A stretch of 64,000 nt of DNA from Octopus sinensis. Its lineage: Eukaryota. Below, one piece after another: positions 62,771-64,000 of this stretch (position 1 is its first letter; every line of letters begins with the position of its first letter). The position numbers were made by a program, and so were the translations under genes. Location: contig NC_042999.1 in assembly GCF_006345805.1 (NCBI RefSeq), positions 13,702,001 to 13,766,000 on the forward strand, given 5' to 3'. Under the pieces are notes generated by a model that worked only from the letters and a program-made list of their open reading frames with translations, searched no databases and was not told the origin of the DNA.

Positions 62771-63459
62771 CTTTAAATTATTTCTGTAAATCATTCCTGT
62801 ATTTAGTTAGCAATATGTTTGATGTAAATTCGTGTGTTGAAACAAATACTATGTCTAGGGAGGGTCACTATGCTAATAAAAATGAAAAACACATGCACTG
62901 GTTCAGTACCACTTCTTTATTTAACCAACAAATTATCCAATGGTTTGTTTAATATATTGACTGAACAATGAATCAGTTGTTAGTTTTCTAACAACTTATT
63001 GATTGTCAGAGTCCTTTTGTTGCTATTCACAAACTTGAAGAGTGAGGATATGTCATTGATGAGGTTGTGAATAACGGCAAAAGGACTGACAGAGAAAACC
63101 AAAAACCGATTGATTAATACAATCAACACATTAAACAAACCATTGGATAATTAGTTGGTAAAATAAAGAAGTGGGATTGAACCTGTGTGTGTGTGAGTTT
63201 ATTTACTTTTTTATTGGCATAACGACCCTCCCTAAACACAAGATGTAAATTTAACACTTTTGGTGCAATATTTCTTTTGAAATACACTATTTTTGTTTCA
63301 GTTGATCTTGAAAACAATGAATTTATCAAAATAACCTGGTTGTTATTAAGTTACATTCATACTCCACAAACATCAATATACAACCACAATAGAAGAAACA
63401 CACATTCAACAAACCTAGAACTACTTGGTTTGGAAACAAACCGCTGAAGCCCGAAACCA

Positions 63460-63720
63460 TCATCATCATCGTTTAACGTCTGTTTTCCATGCTAGCATGG
63501 GTTGAACAGTTCAACTGGAGTCTGGGAAGCCAGGAGGCTACACCAGGCTCCAGTCTGATCTGGCAGTGTTTCTACAGCTGGATGCCCTTCCTAACACCAA
63601 CCACTCCATAAGTGTAGTGGGTGCTTTTTATGTGCCACCAGCACAGGGGCTAGATGAGGCTGGCAATGGCCACAATCGGTTGGTGCTTTTTATGTGCCAC
63701 CGGCACGGAAGCCATTTACC
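63460..63720 (-). mobile_element. SINE family D
   Basis: (CAT)n tail, core, two array units. Confidence 0.85.
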
Positions 63721-64000
63721 AAGATGTGTACCAAACATTGGAGCCTGCACTTTTATTTTTAACCAATATTTCAAATGTAACAATAACTGTAGAAATCTTA
63801 CGTTTTCTAAAAGAATTTCAAAATTCTAGTTACCTTTTCTTTTCAAATTAACAAAACAATGTCCACACGACATGAAAGTAATTAAAAAGAGCTATATTTC
63901 ATTCGTGAAAAAACTACTTTTTTCCTTATGTATATTTTAAATTTTTGTTTCAAATGTTTTAAAAATAAAAAAAAAACAACATAAGTTTGCTAATATTTAA

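Overview
AT-rich eukaryotic genomic DNA, very probably from an Octopus species. That assignment is inferred from the SINE families and microsatellite load, not from a database search. The window is almost entirely intronic. Only one host coding exon is recognisable: 36322-36459 on the minus strand, 138 bp, phase 0-0, encoding the start of the second GAF domain of a PDE5/6/11-type cyclic-nucleotide phosphodiesterase. The rest is a dense, nested transposon graveyard: at least five SINE families, decayed LINEs (RTE, CR1/L2-like, R4-like, CRE-like), an internally deleted hAT transposon with TIRs and 8-bp TSD, Tc1/mariner remnants, Charlie- and piggyBac-type MITEs, a non-autonomous Helitron, and kilobase-scale microsatellites. 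The most notable structures are: (i) Penelope-type inverted insertions carrying decayed minimal hammerhead-ribozyme motifs (about 2.2, 42.0, 53.4 and 53.6 kb), one with a 12-bp TSD and a captured copy of nearby DNA; (ii) a 1.9-kb foldback element with about 610-bp subrepeated arms and a candidate 5-bp TSD, next to a perfect 97-bp direct repeat spaced 4312 bp apart; (iii) a mariner derivative made of two 5' ends; (iv) a 20 x 46-bp minisatellite grown inside a SINE; (v) a tandem duplication of about 1.8 kb with breakpoints in (TA)n tracts; (vi) an inverted SINE pair sharing private variants. No CRISPR array, rRNA or intact tRNA is supported. Nearly all ORFs in the supplied track are microsatellite or repeat artefacts. 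Coordinates were read by eye and repeat boundaries may be off by a few bases.
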